Source: Candidatus Korarchaeum cryptofilum OPF8 (lineage in GTDB: Archaea; Korarchaeota; Korarchaeia; Korarchaeales; Korarchaeaceae). Taken from it: 32,000 nucleotides of DNA. The stretch spans positions 1,558,758 to 1,590,757 of the forward strand of contig NC_010482.1 of assembly GCF_000019605.1 (NCBI RefSeq), in the 5' to 3' direction. The notes below the pieces were generated by a model that made no database searches, was not told where the DNA came from, and saw only the letters and a program-made list of their open reading frames with translations. Within the stretch, counting starts at the first letter, position 1. Every line of letters begins with the position of its first letter. This document shows, piece by piece, positions 16,593-25,947 of the stretch. The translations under genes were made by a program, and so were the position numbers.

Positions 16593-17597
16593 ATGAGGAG
16601 GATCCTCAGGATAAATGGAGATATCCCCCTGATGGGATCTGTGGCTTTCGGGTTAATAGATAGGGGGACGAATCTGATACAGGTGAGACCCTCCTCATCT
16701 TGCCCTCTATCATGTATATTCTGCTCCACAGATGCCGGACCTAAGTCTAGGACGAGGAGGACAGAGTTCTTAGTGGATCTAAACTACATCATCTCCTGGT
16801 TCGAGAGATTAGTTGAGAGTAAAGGGATTAGTGATATTGAGGCCCATATAGATACAGTTGGTGATCCCTTCCTCTACCCCAAGATCGTGGATCTCGTCAA
16901 GAGGCTGAGGGATATCCCCGAGGTGAAAGTGATATCCGCTCAGACGCATGGTCCTCTTCTGACTCAGAAACTCATAGGGGAGCTGGAGGGGAGGATCGAT
17001 AGGATAAACTTAAGCATAGATTCGCTAGAGGAGGGAAAGGCCAAGTACTTAGCTGGGTCGGATTGGTTCAGGATAGATAAAGTAATTGAGGCGGCTAAGA
17101 GGGTAGCACAGAGCTCTATAGATCTACTAATAGCGCCTATCTGGGTCCCCGGACTCAACGATGAAGATATCCCTAAGATAATAGAGTTCGCCCTCAGTAT
17201 AGGAGCCGGGAAGATATGGCCGGCGCTCGGTATCCAGAAGTATGAGGCCTACAGGGGTGGGAGAAAGCCCAAGGGAGTTAAGCCGATAAGCTGGGGTGAA
17301 TTCTACCGGAAGCTCGCTGAACTTGAGAGGGAGTTCGGTGTGAAGCTCATATTGAGCCCGGATGATTTCGGGATAAGGAAAGTCAAACCGGTAGATCCCC
17401 GCCTCAGGAAGGGTGAGATACTGAACGTCAAGGTCTTAGGAGAGGGATGGAAAGTTGGTGAAGTCTTAGCTGTCGCGAGAAATAGAGTTGTGACGGTCCT
17501 AGACTCCCCTCCCGTTCCTCCGGGCTCATTGATAAAAGTGAGGGTGATCAGGGATAGGGATAATATATATTACGCTAGGTTCACCGGAGGTGTGTGA
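16593..17597 (+). CDS. radical SAM protein with C-terminal OB/TRAM-like domain, function unknown
   Basis: CPLSCIFCS is a CxxxCxxC cluster motif in a TIM-barrel-sized core. The C-terminal ~70 aa (GEILNVKVLGEGWKVGEVLAVARNRVVTVL...IKVRVIRDRDNIYYARF) is beta-rich like TRAM/OB. It resembles archaeal COG2100, recalled from memory. Confidence 0.8.
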   Translation: MRRILRINGDIPLMGSVAFGLIDRGTNLIQVRPSSSCPLSCIFCSTDAGPKSRTRRTEFLVDLNYIISWFERLVESKGISDIEAHIDTVGDPFLYPKIVDLVKRLRDIPEVKVISAQTHGPLLTQKLIGELEGRIDRINLSIDSLEEGKAKYLAGSDWFRIDKVIEAAKRVAQSSIDLLIAPIWVPGLNDEDIPKIIEFALSIGAGKIWPALGIQKYEAYRGGRKPKGVKPISWGEFYRKLAELEREFGVKLILSPDDFGIRKVKPVDPRLRKGEILNVKVLGEGWKVGEVLAVARNRVVTVLDSPPVPPGSLIKVRVIRDRDNIYYARFTGGV

Positions 17598-17654
17598 GGA
17601 GCGCTGACCAGTCGCACTTATGTTTAGCCAATAGGGTGGCGGGGAGGTGGAGGC

Positions 17655-19139
17655 ATGGAAATAGCGCTATCTAAGGGAGAAATGGAGCTCCTCCAGCTTC
17701 TGAGATCCAGAGGAGGAAGGGCGGAGTTAGGTGATATAGGTGATAAGAGCAGGGTAGCGGCCCTATCAACACTTCTCAAGGAAAAAGGACTTCTGAAAAT
17801 CGTTGAGAGGAAAAAGAAAGTTCTAAGGCTTACAGAGAGGGGAATACGGCATGCTAAGGAAGGATTACCTGAAGAGAAAATACTGAGGATCCTGAGGGAG
17901 AGAGGTAAGGCTAACCTCTCCGAACTATCGAGTTTGATGGAAGAGGATGAGCTCAACGTTGCGCTGGGTGAGGGGAGGAGGAAGGGCCTCCTGAGGATAG
18001 AGAGCAGGGATGGGGAGGTAACGGTAATTCCTCTATCCTGGGAGGTACCGGAGAGGGAGATAATAGATAAGATCATGAAGGGGGAGCTAGAGGAGGGAGA
18101 TGTCGATCAGGGAATTCTAAAGAGTTTGAGGAGGAGGGGGCTCGTTGAGACAGAGGAGGTCACTGAGGCTGAGATAATACTCACTCCCCTAGGTCTTGAT
18201 GCCGCCGAGGGGAGGATCCCCCTGATCGAGGAAGTGGGTAAGCTGAGCAGAGATCTGATAGTGAGCGGAGAATGGAAAAAGAAAAAACTCAAGGCTTATG
18301 ATGTTAAAGCGAGCCCTCCTGTAGTATATCCTGGAAAGCCACATCCTTACGTCTATTTCCTGGAGGAGGTGAGGGAGATATTGATCGGAATGGGGTTCAC
18401 GGAGGTGAAGAGCCCGATAGTTGAGAGCGAATTCTGGAACTTCGATGTCCTTTTTCAAGCACAAGATCATCCAGCCAGGGAAGTCCATGATTCCTACAAA
18501 CTGGCTTATCCTGAGGCGGCAGATCTCTCTAGGTACGATGAGCTTGTCAACAGGATAGCTAGGACACATGAGGATGGCTGGATAACTGGGTCGAAGGGGT
18601 GGGGGTATAAGTGGAGCTTTGAGATAGCTAGGAGGCTCATACTGAGATCCCAGACGACTGCTGCTTCAGCTAGATCCTTAGCTAATGGACTGGAGGTCCC
18701 GAGTAAGATATTCGCCATAGATAAAGTTTTCAGACCGGAAGCTCCGGATAAAACGCATGCTTTCGAGTTCCACCAGTGTGAGGGAGTTGTCTTGGCCGAG
18801 GGGATGAATGTGAGAAATCTGATGGGATTCCTAGCGGAGTTCTCCAAGAACTTGGGCTTCAAAGAGGTGAAGTTCAAGCCAGCTTATTTCCCATTCACGG
18901 AGCCGAGTGTAGAGGCTTATGTTAAGCATGAGAAACTGGGATGGATAGAGATAGCTGGCTCGGGGCTCTTCAGGCCGGAGATGCTGATACCCCTGGGTTA
19001 CGATTACCCCAGGGTTCAGGCACTGGCCTGGGGGATAGGGATAGGGAGATTAGCCATGATAAAGCTCGGATTGGAGGATATAAGAGAGCTTCACTCCCAG
19101 AACCTGGATTACCTTAGGAAGGCGCCTCTGGTGTGGTGA
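17655..19139 (+). CDS. pheS: phenylalanine--tRNA ligase alpha subunit
   Basis: 494 aa with N-terminal winged-helix repeats. Class II motifs are FRPE...THAFEFHQCEG, GSGLFRPEM and GIGIGRLAM. Confidence 0.95.
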   Translation: MEIALSKGEMELLQLLRSRGGRAELGDIGDKSRVAALSTLLKEKGLLKIVERKKKVLRLTERGIRHAKEGLPEEKILRILRERGKANLSELSSLMEEDELNVALGEGRRKGLLRIESRDGEVTVIPLSWEVPEREIIDKIMKGELEEGDVDQGILKSLRRRGLVETEEVTEAEIILTPLGLDAAEGRIPLIEEVGKLSRDLIVSGEWKKKKLKAYDVKASPPVVYPGKPHPYVYFLEEVREILIGMGFTEVKSPIVESEFWNFDVLFQAQDHPAREVHDSYKLAYPEAADLSRYDELVNRIARTHEDGWITGSKGWGYKWSFEIARRLILRSQTTAASARSLANGLEVPSKIFAIDKVFRPEAPDKTHAFEFHQCEGVVLAEGMNVRNLMGFLAEFSKNLGFKEVKFKPAYFPFTEPSVEAYVKHEKLGWIEIAGSGLFRPEMLIPLGYDYPRVQALAWGIGIGRLAMIKLGLEDIRELHSQNLDYLRKAPLVW

Positions 19140-19143
19140 GAGC

Positions 19144-20814
19144 TTGCCGGTCGTGAGTTTCAGTAGGAGGGAGATGGAGAGGCTCTGGAGGAGCCTCAGC
19201 GAGGAGGAGCTCACTGATCTCTTAGACTTCACGAAGATGAACTTGGAATCCTTCGGGGAGGAGGTGGGATTCGAGGTAACCTCCGATAGGATGGATCTAG
19301 TGACTTTAGAGGGCATAGTGAGATGTCTCAAGGGTATCTCGAACGAGGAACTGGGCCTACCTAAGTATAGGGTGAGGAGGAAGGCCTTCGAGGTCAGAGT
19401 GGGTGAGGGAGTAGCCAAGGTCAGGCCATATGTAGTCGCTGCCCTCGTCAGGGATGTCGATCTGAGGACTGAGGAATCTTTAGTGGCCCTCATAGAGGCA
19501 CAAGAGAAGATACATGATACTTTAGGGAGGAAGAGGAGGAGGGTCGCTATCGGGCTCCATGACTTCTCGAAGGTCAAGCCCCCTATAATTTACGACGCTA
19601 GGAGGGCTGAGGAGGTCCACTTCGTGCCTCTGGGCGAGTATGCGGAAATGAGTGCTAAAGAGATATTAGAACAGACGGAAAAAGGTAAAATATATTCTCA
19701 TTTAATCGCAAATCCAGAAAATTTAGTCCCATTAATAATGGACTCTAGGGAGGAGGTCCTCAGCATGCCCCCAATAATAAACTCGGAGCTCACGAGACTC
19801 ACCCCGGGCGTCAGGGATATCTTCATAGATGTGACTGGGACGGATCTGAAGGCGATATGGTATGCCCTCGAGATAATATCCTCAGCTTTAGCTGAGAGAG
19901 GGGGAGAAATAAGCACGCTGGACATCTTATACCCAGACGGTAGGAACATAGAGACCCCGAGGCATGAGCCCGAGGAAATGGAAGTGGATCTAGATTTCAT
20001 AAGGAGCATATTGGGCCTAAACCTCTCGGAGGATGACGTGGTAATGCAGCTCCTGAGAGCCAGACTGGATGCGGAGTGCTCAGATGGTAAAGTCAGAGTG
20101 CTCATTCCGGGTTATAGATCAGATTTCTTACATCCGATCGATGTAGCTGAGGAAGTCTCAATAACCTTGGGACTGAACAAAATTGGATATGAGCTTCCAA
20201 AGAACGTAATGACTGTCGGTAGGCCCCATCCTGTGGAGAAGGTATCCAGGAAAGTGAGGACGGTGATGATAGGGCTAGGCTATCAGGAGGTCCTCAACTA
20301 CATAATGACGAGCAGGGCATCCCTCTTCCACGCAGTCGGCAGGGAAGAGAGGGAAGTTGTTGAGATATCAAATCCGGTCTCTGAGAGCTACAGCGTTTTA
20401 AGGGATGCCTTGTTCCCGGGATTACTAGCATTCCTAGCGAATAATACTCACGTAAGGTACCCTCAGAAGGTCTTCGAGATAGGGGATGTGGTGCTAATAG
20501 ATGAGAGGCTTGAGAACAAGACTAGGGATGAGAGGAGGGTGGCTGCCGCATATGCAGACGATTCCGTAGGCTTTGAGGACATATATTCCCACCTGAAGGT
20601 CCTATTTGAGAATCTCTCGTATAGGATAGAGCTGGAGCCCAGGAAGGAGAGGCCCTTCATAGAGGGGAGGTGCGCGAGCGTGCTGAGGGAGGGGGAGGAG
20701 GTGGGAGTGATAGGCGAGATAGATCCCGAAGTCCTCCTCAATCTGGGGATAACTGTTCCCGTCGCCATATTCGAAGTAGCTCTGAAGGTACCGGGGAAAG
20801 AGCCACTAACTTGA
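19144..20814 (+). CDS. pheT: phenylalanine--tRNA ligase beta subunit
   Basis: 556 aa with a TTG start 4 nt after the pheS stop. The archaeal PheT N-terminus MPVVSF and B3/4 and B5 regions are recognisable. Confidence 0.93.
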   Translation: MPVVSFSRREMERLWRSLSEEELTDLLDFTKMNLESFGEEVGFEVTSDRMDLVTLEGIVRCLKGISNEELGLPKYRVRRKAFEVRVGEGVAKVRPYVVAALVRDVDLRTEESLVALIEAQEKIHDTLGRKRRRVAIGLHDFSKVKPPIIYDARRAEEVHFVPLGEYAEMSAKEILEQTEKGKIYSHLIANPENLVPLIMDSREEVLSMPPIINSELTRLTPGVRDIFIDVTGTDLKAIWYALEIISSALAERGGEISTLDILYPDGRNIETPRHEPEEMEVDLDFIRSILGLNLSEDDVVMQLLRARLDAECSDGKVRVLIPGYRSDFLHPIDVAEEVSITLGLNKIGYELPKNVMTVGRPHPVEKVSRKVRTVMIGLGYQEVLNYIMTSRASLFHAVGREEREVVEISNPVSESYSVLRDALFPGLLAFLANNTHVRYPQKVFEIGDVVLIDERLENKTRDERRVAAAYADDSVGFEDIYSHLKVLFENLSYRIELEPRKERPFIEGRCASVLREGEEVGVIGEIDPEVLLNLGITVPVAIFEVALKVPGKEPLT

Positions 20815-20838
20815 GACCTAAATCTGTATAAGAACTCC

Positions 20839-20843
20839 TTTTT
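20839..20843 (+). terminator. T5 run after pheT
   Basis: CCTTTTTATTG lies about 25 nt after the pheT stop in a convergent intergenic region. Confidence 0.45.
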
Positions 20844-20930
20844 ATTGTCCTCAGCCTGTACGCTAGCTCATGAGCTGCCCAGATGACCATCCACTAGTTT
20901 CTGCTACTCCACATTAAGGGGCGATGATCA

Positions 20931-21974
20931 TTAGAACAGCTCTAGGGTCTTCTCCAGGAGGGCCCCTCCCCAAGCCACGTCCTTGAGGCTTATGACTTCG
21001 CAAGGGCTGTGCATGTACCTCAAGGGTATCGAGATGAGGGCCGTCTTCACACCGCCTCTAGCGACCTGTATCACCCAAGTATCAGTTCCCGCTCCTCTGA
21101 AATCGGCTTCGTACTGGCGAGGGATCTCATTTTCCTCCGCGGCTCTCTCTATTAACTCCACCACCTCAGGGTGGTATATGGGGCCCCTGCTTATTACAGG
21201 TCCCTTCCCCAGCGAGATCCTCGGGGCCTCCGGTAGCATCGGCTGCTCGGCGAATGTGACATCGATAGCTATAGCTACCTCGGGCTTCAGCCTATATGCC
21301 ATCATTTCAGCGCCTCTGAGTCCTATTTCCTCCTGTATAGTGGCTGTGAAATGCACCTCCGCATCTATTCCCCCTCCCTCACGGCTGAGCATCGCTCCAT
21401 ATATCATCGTCGCGACACCCGCAGCATTATCGAGACCCGGAGAGGAGAAGAATTCGGATCCAAGCGAAATTGGATCGTAATCAGGGACTCCATAGGTTCC
21501 AGGTTTTATCCCCATGCTCTCAGCTTCCTCCTTACTGCGGGCTCCTATGTCTATCACTAAATCCTTTATCTCTATCTTCTTCTCCTCAAGCTCCTTGTAA
21601 ACCCTCAGGAAATGCGCCGGTACTACCCCTATGACTCCCCTAACAATTCCCTTGCCCGTTATCAGCTTAACACGGGATCCATAGAGGACTCTGGGATCCC
21701 ATCCAACCCCATCGAACTTTATGTATCCTTCATTCGTCACCTCCTTAACTATTATCCCGATCTGATCGACGTGAGCCGCTATCATTATTGAGGGCTTCCC
21801 GCCTGGGTTCAGGATGCCTTCAACATTTCCCCAAGGGTCTATCCTGATCGCATCGCAGTGGGGCTCGAGGATCTCAGCTATAGAAGGGGCGAAGGTCCTT
21901 TCGCTTCCCGTGACCCTAGGGATGGATGTCAACTTATTCAATATCCCTCTGACATCATCGAGCGATGAGCTCAA
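20931..21974 (-). CDS. M42 family metallopeptidase (TET aminopeptidase / FrvX-like)
   Basis: Motifs are AAHVDQIG, LDNAAGV, IQEEIGLRGA and IAIDVT. Confidence 0.9.
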   Translation of the reverse strand: MSSSLDDVRGILNKLTSIPRVTGSERTFAPSIAEILEPHCDAIRIDPWGNVEGILNPGGKPSIMIAAHVDQIGIIVKEVTNEGYIKFDGVGWDPRVLYGSRVKLITGKGIVRGVIGVVPAHFLRVYKELEEKKIEIKDLVIDIGARSKEEAESMGIKPGTYGVPDYDPISLGSEFFSSPGLDNAAGVATMIYGAMLSREGGGIDAEVHFTATIQEEIGLRGAEMMAYRLKPEVAIAIDVTFAEQPMLPEAPRISLGKGPVISRGPIYHPEVVELIERAAEENEIPRQYEADFRGAGTDTWVIQVARGGVKTALISIPLRYMHSPCEVISLKDVAWGGALLEKTLELF

Positions 21975-22027
21975 ACGATCACCTGGATATACTCAAAGAA
22001 TAAATAATAAGGTTGGTCCCACTCTGG

Positions 22028-23293
22028 ATGTCCTTCAGGATAGAGGATGTAAGGGCTAGGGAGGTACTGGACTCCAGAGGGAACCCTACGGTGGAAGTGA
22101 CAGTTAAATTGGAGGGAGGAGGCTCAGGAAGGTTCTCAGTTCCATCCGGTGCCTCAAAGGGGAAGAGGGAGGCCTTAGAGCTAAGGGATGGCGGGAAATG
22201 GCTGAGGGGAATGGGAGTCATTAAGGCCGTGAGGAACGTCAATGAGATAATAAGACCCTCCCTGATAGGGGTGGATGCATCAATTCAACCTCTAGTAGAC
22301 GATATATTGATTCAGCTGGATGGAACACCTAATAAATCGAGATTAGGAGCTAACTCGATTCTGGGTGCTTCAGTAGCTTCGGCAAAAGCATCTTCCGATC
22401 AAATGGGTGTCCCTCTCTACAAGTACCTGGGAGGAGCTTTCTCGAGGGTTCTACCAATACCCCTCATGAATATAATAAATGGTGGGAAACATGCGGGCAA
22501 TGAGCTAGCTATTCAAGAATTTATGATAGTGCCAGTTAAATTTAAGACATTTAAAGACGCTCTCTTTGCCGGAGTAAGCGTTTATATGGAGCTAAAAGCT
22601 CTCCTCGAGGAGAGATACGGTAGGCATGCTGTTAACCTCGGAGATGAGGGGGGCTTCGCTCCTCCAATGAAGAGGACCGAGGAAGCCTTAGAAGCATTGG
22701 TCAGCTCGATAGAGAGAGTTGGGCTTGAGGGGGAAGTTAAACTAGCTATTGATTGCGCCGCGAGCAACTTCTATGCAGATGGGAAGTATAACATAGATGG
22801 AGCATCCCTTACGAAAGAGGAGCTGATTTCGTTCTACGAGAGGATCGTGGATGAGTACCCGATAGTAGCGATAGAAGATCCCTTCCATGAGGAGGACTTA
22901 GATTCCCTCTCTGAGCTCACTAAAAAACTCGGTCATAGGATTTTGCTAGTAGGGGATGATTACTTCGTCTCAAATGAGAGATACCTCAGGAAGGGGATCG
23001 AAGCGAAGGCTGGAAATGCTGTCTTGCTCAAGGTGAATCAGATAGGGACGCTGACTGAGGCTGTGAGGACTGCATCACTCGCCTTCAGATATGGGTATAG
23101 GGTTATCGTGAGCCACAGATCGGGGGAGACTAATGATCCCTTCATAAGCGACTTCTCCGTCGCCTTGAACTGTGGCTACATAAAGGCGGGAGCCCCAGCC
23201 AGAGGGGAGAGGGTAGCGAAGTACAACAGGCTGCTGGAGATAGAGGAGGAATTGGGATCAGTAGCTTCCTTCAGTCAACTAGATACCTTATGA
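22028..23293 (+). CDS. eno: enolase
   Basis: REVLDSRGNPTVEV, DDYFVSN and SHRSGETND are present. ATG 22028 is preferred over TTG 22013. Confidence 0.97.
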   Translation: MSFRIEDVRAREVLDSRGNPTVEVTVKLEGGGSGRFSVPSGASKGKREALELRDGGKWLRGMGVIKAVRNVNEIIRPSLIGVDASIQPLVDDILIQLDGTPNKSRLGANSILGASVASAKASSDQMGVPLYKYLGGAFSRVLPIPLMNIINGGKHAGNELAIQEFMIVPVKFKTFKDALFAGVSVYMELKALLEERYGRHAVNLGDEGGFAPPMKRTEEALEALVSSIERVGLEGEVKLAIDCAASNFYADGKYNIDGASLTKEELISFYERIVDEYPIVAIEDPFHEEDLDSLSELTKKLGHRILLVGDDYFVSNERYLRKGIEAKAGNAVLLKVNQIGTLTEAVRTASLAFRYGYRVIVSHRSGETNDPFISDFSVALNCGYIKAGAPARGERVAKYNRLLEIEEELGSVASFSQLDTL

Positions 23294-24662
23294 AGAACTC
23301 CTCCTTCCTCATCTCCCTGTATATCCATCCCAGAACATCCCTATCCAAGAGGAGGAGCTCCCTGTCAGTTAATATCTTGGGTTTCGCTCCCCTCAGTATA
23401 GTTGGAGCTTTAGAGGAGATCACCTCATTTATGAGGCTAATTGCATCGCTATGCCTCCTCTTCCTATAAACGTACCACCTATCCCCCTCTATGAAAGGTC
23501 CCCCGAATCCGGAGCCTAGGTAACTCTTGAGGAAGTTCATCTCCTCCTTAGATCCAACTGGAGGTCCCTGCCTCCTCTCTATGACCGGGAGGTTCAGTGA
23601 TGGGAGTTCCATGGCAACGAAGATCTCATCCCTCTCATCAGTCCAGCCCGAGACCCAGAGCGGATCGAAACCATTAGCTTCAAGCTCCTCATTGAGGAGT
23701 CTGGCCATCCTCTTCGCTTGAGACCATAATAACTCTCTAGAGAGATCAAGATCGCCCATCTCTATGACGATAATCCTCGTCTTCCTCTCCGAGAGCTGCT
23801 CCTCTATCTGTTTAGCGGATACTCTCCCCTTCACTCCCTTCAATCCCCTGGAGAAGAACTCGATGTCCGGGTTCTTGAGGAATGCCCTAGCCGCTACCTT
23901 GAATCTGTTGAACTGCGTCTCAGTGAGTGCCGCGGCGGCGTTCCTCCTAGGGTCGGTGGGATCTATCAGTACCAGAGGTCCGTTGAAAGCTGATAATGCG
24001 TACTCCTCTGTTAGGTGGTGCTCTATATCTATGTAGACCCTCGACCCCCACTTCGATGCCTCCTCTATCGTCTTTAGGAAGCTCCCGTAATTTATTATCA
24101 GGAGTTCGCATACGTAGCCGCTGAAGCCACCCACCTTCTCCTCAGCACCGTAAGCATCGATCGATTTGAGGAAAGCCTTAAGTAACCTCACATCATTCGG
24201 CCTCTTGAGCTTCTCCCTAACGTAAGAATTGTGGAAGGGGGTCCTATCTACGGAACTTATTATCCTCTCCCCGGGAAGTATCTTGAAGGCCGGGACGAGG
24301 TCTATCTCAAAATCCGAATATCTGACCCTGACGTAAGGGTGCTCAGCGTAATTCTGCTCATAATCCCCGAAGGCATCCTTAGCTATATCGACTATTAGGC
24401 TCCCCAAAACTTCCTTATCTCCTACTCCCTTGGGGAAGAGGACGAAGATATCGAGCTCATTGTTATTCGGAAGCCAGGTATCTCTAACAGAGGATCCGAC
24501 AGCAATTACCTCAGCGTTCAAATTTAGCCTCTTGATGCTCTCCTCTACTCTCCTCAGAGCTTCCTCGAGTACCCTCTCCAGCCTCCTCCTCTCCTCCTCG
24601 GATGGCGAGACTATCCTCTCAGCTTCCCTCAGGATGAGCTCTAAATCACTCGATGTTCGCAT
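23271..24662 (-). CDS. cca: CCA-adding tRNA nucleotidyltransferase (archaeal class I)
   Basis: GSSVRDTWLPNNNELDIFVLF is the catalytic GS...DxD motif. ATG 24662 is preferred; the ORF is open to GTG 24686. The 3' end overlaps eno convergently by 23 nt. Confidence 0.9.
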   Translation of the reverse strand: MRTSSDLELILREAERIVSPSEEERRRLERVLEEALRRVEESIKRLNLNAEVIAVGSSVRDTWLPNNNELDIFVLFPKGVGDKEVLGSLIVDIAKDAFGDYEQNYAEHPYVRVRYSDFEIDLVPAFKILPGERIISSVDRTPFHNSYVREKLKRPNDVRLLKAFLKSIDAYGAEEKVGGFSGYVCELLIINYGSFLKTIEEASKWGSRVYIDIEHHLTEEYALSAFNGPLVLIDPTDPRRNAAAALTETQFNRFKVAARAFLKNPDIEFFSRGLKGVKGRVSAKQIEEQLSERKTRIIVIEMGDLDLSRELLWSQAKRMARLLNEELEANGFDPLWVSGWTDERDEIFVAMELPSLNLPVIERRQGPPVGSKEEMNFLKSYLGSGFGGPFIEGDRWYVYRKRRHSDAISLINEVISSKAPTILRGAKPKILTDRELLLLDRDVLGWIYREMRKEEFFIRYLVD

Positions 24663-25248
24663 GCCTCCTGGCAAGATCCTCCTCACTCTTCCCCATCAGC
24701 TCCACTATTTCGGATATCAGTGCATCGAGATATATCATAGCGCTCAGCTCGAATAACGTTCCTAGCGGTGTTAGGGGCTCGTGTATACCCAGTATCTGCC
24801 TCGTGAAGTAATCTCTGCTCTCATCCTCTGGAAGAACTCTTCCTCCTATTCTAACGACGAAATCGGCTATCTTCCCCAGGGTAGAATCCGGATAGCTCGT
24901 GATAGCTATTACATGAGCCCCAACACTCTTAGCTACTTGAGCTGCTGTAACGGGGAATTTAGTCTCTCCGGATCCACTCACGGCTATAAGAAGGTCACCG
25001 CTCCTCATAGATGGAGTGACCGTCTCACCCACTACGTAAACTTGGAAGCCGACGTGGAGGAGCCTCATCGCGAAGGCCTTAGCCACTAGCCCGGATCTAC
25101 CGGCCCCGACTACGAATATCTTGCCCTCCCCCATAGTCCTGAAGAGCGCTTTTATGAACATATTAGCGGATTCATCATCAACTGTAGATAGATTTTCCTT
25201 AACGACCTCTATCAGCTTACCGATCTTCTCAACCACGGGCGTGCCCAT
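24646..25248 (-). CDS. hxlB: 6-phospho-3-hexuloisomerase (SIS domain)
   Basis: VVGAGRSGLVAKAFAMRL and AVSGSGET are present. ATG 25248 is preferred; TTG 25260 is possible. Confidence 0.85.
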   Translation of the reverse strand: MGTPVVEKIGKLIEVVKENLSTVDDESANMFIKALFRTMGEGKIFVVGAGRSGLVAKAFAMRLLHVGFQVYVVGETVTPSMRSGDLLIAVSGSGETKFPVTAAQVAKSVGAHVIAITSYPDSTLGKIADFVVRIGGRVLPEDESRDYFTRQILGIHEPLTPLGTLFELSAMIYLDALISEIVELMGKSEEDLARRHANIE

Positions 25249-25299
25249 CACCCGGCTCAACGTCTCCAGATAACAAAATAACCTTTACTTACCTATCTA

Positions 25300-25947
25300 A
25301 TGGAGATGCATGTGGTAACTAAGGTTAGCTTAAGGAAAGCGCTTGGAGAAGTTAGGGATACCTTGGCGAGGTTGAGCGATCATCTGGAGGACTTAATAGA
25401 TCTGGGGGATTTTTGGGAAATAGCGAGGAGGTATGCTGTCACCAATAGTTTCGATAGCATCTTAATGCTGCTCGGAATAATACTAGGAGGATACTTCGGG
25501 GGGATAGAGGAGCCTTCCGTGATCCTCAAACTGATACTGGCTGGAACTCTATCGATATTTTTCTCCGGATCTCTGGGGACTTACATATCGGAGAGAGCGG
25601 AGAGGGAGCTGAAGGTCAGGGAGCTGGAGAGGGCGGTCCTGATGACGCTAGATGAAACATTTATCAGCGAGATGGAGAGAAGGAAAGCCATATTAATAGC
25701 TCTAGCGAGCGGAGGAATTCCATCGATACTCGTGATGACCCTCTCTATATCCTTCAAGATATGCGAGCTCGGTTTAATAGAGATCAAGCTCTCTTATACC
25801 TTATCGATCCTTCAGGCACTACTTCTCCTCTTCATCATGGGCTTCTACTTAGGATCCCTCTCCGGAGGGAAGAGGCTCAGTTACGCTCTCTTCACACTGG
25901 GCGCTGGGCTCCTCCTACTGGTGATGATGATTTGGCTTGGAGTGTAG
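25300..25947 (+). CDS. VIT1/CCC1-family membrane protein
   Basis: NSFDSILMLLGIILG and GSLGTYISERAERE resemble the VIT-family motifs (DGxxxxxxxxxG; GEYxSxxxxR). There are 4-5 TM segments. Confidence 0.65.
   Translation: MEMHVVTKVSLRKALGEVRDTLARLSDHLEDLIDLGDFWEIARRYAVTNSFDSILMLLGIILGGYFGGIEEPSVILKLILAGTLSIFFSGSLGTYISERAERELKVRELERAVLMTLDETFISEMERRKAILIALASGGIPSILVMTLSISFKICELGLIEIKLSYTLSILQALLLLFIMGFYLGSLSGGKRLSYALFTLGAGLLLLVMMIWLGV

Noticed and set aside
17624-18076. 150-aa minus-strand ORF antisense to the pheS 5' region
   Set aside because: It is Ser/Leu/Pro/Arg-rich and low in complexity, and it lies entirely inside a well-supported gene. This is the expected shadow of GAR/AGG-rich plus-strand codons.
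19050-19577. 175-aa minus-strand ORF spanning the pheS/pheT junction
   Set aside because: It has the same antisense-shadow composition, no start context and no recognisable domain.
20865-20876. A perfect 12-nt palindrome AGCTCATGAGCT in the pheT/peptidase convergent spacer
   Set aside because: It is a single short palindrome with no partner sites or flanking conservation that I can assess. It could be a chance or restriction-type site, and it has no loop to form a terminator hairpin.
20983-21480. 165-aa plus-strand ORF inside the M42 peptidase gene
   Set aside because: It is an antisense shadow. The minus-strand frame carries all the M42 motifs.
24646-25248. PHI (6-phospho-3-hexuloisomerase) without an adjacent or fused HPS, considered as an anomaly
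   Set aside because: HPS may be encoded elsewhere in the genome, and this cannot be judged from one window.
25761-25931. ATG-initiated N-terminal extension of truA (the 289-aa version)
   Set aside because: The extension is translated out of frame over the VIT1 gene and shows no TruA-like sequence. Homology begins only at about 25944.
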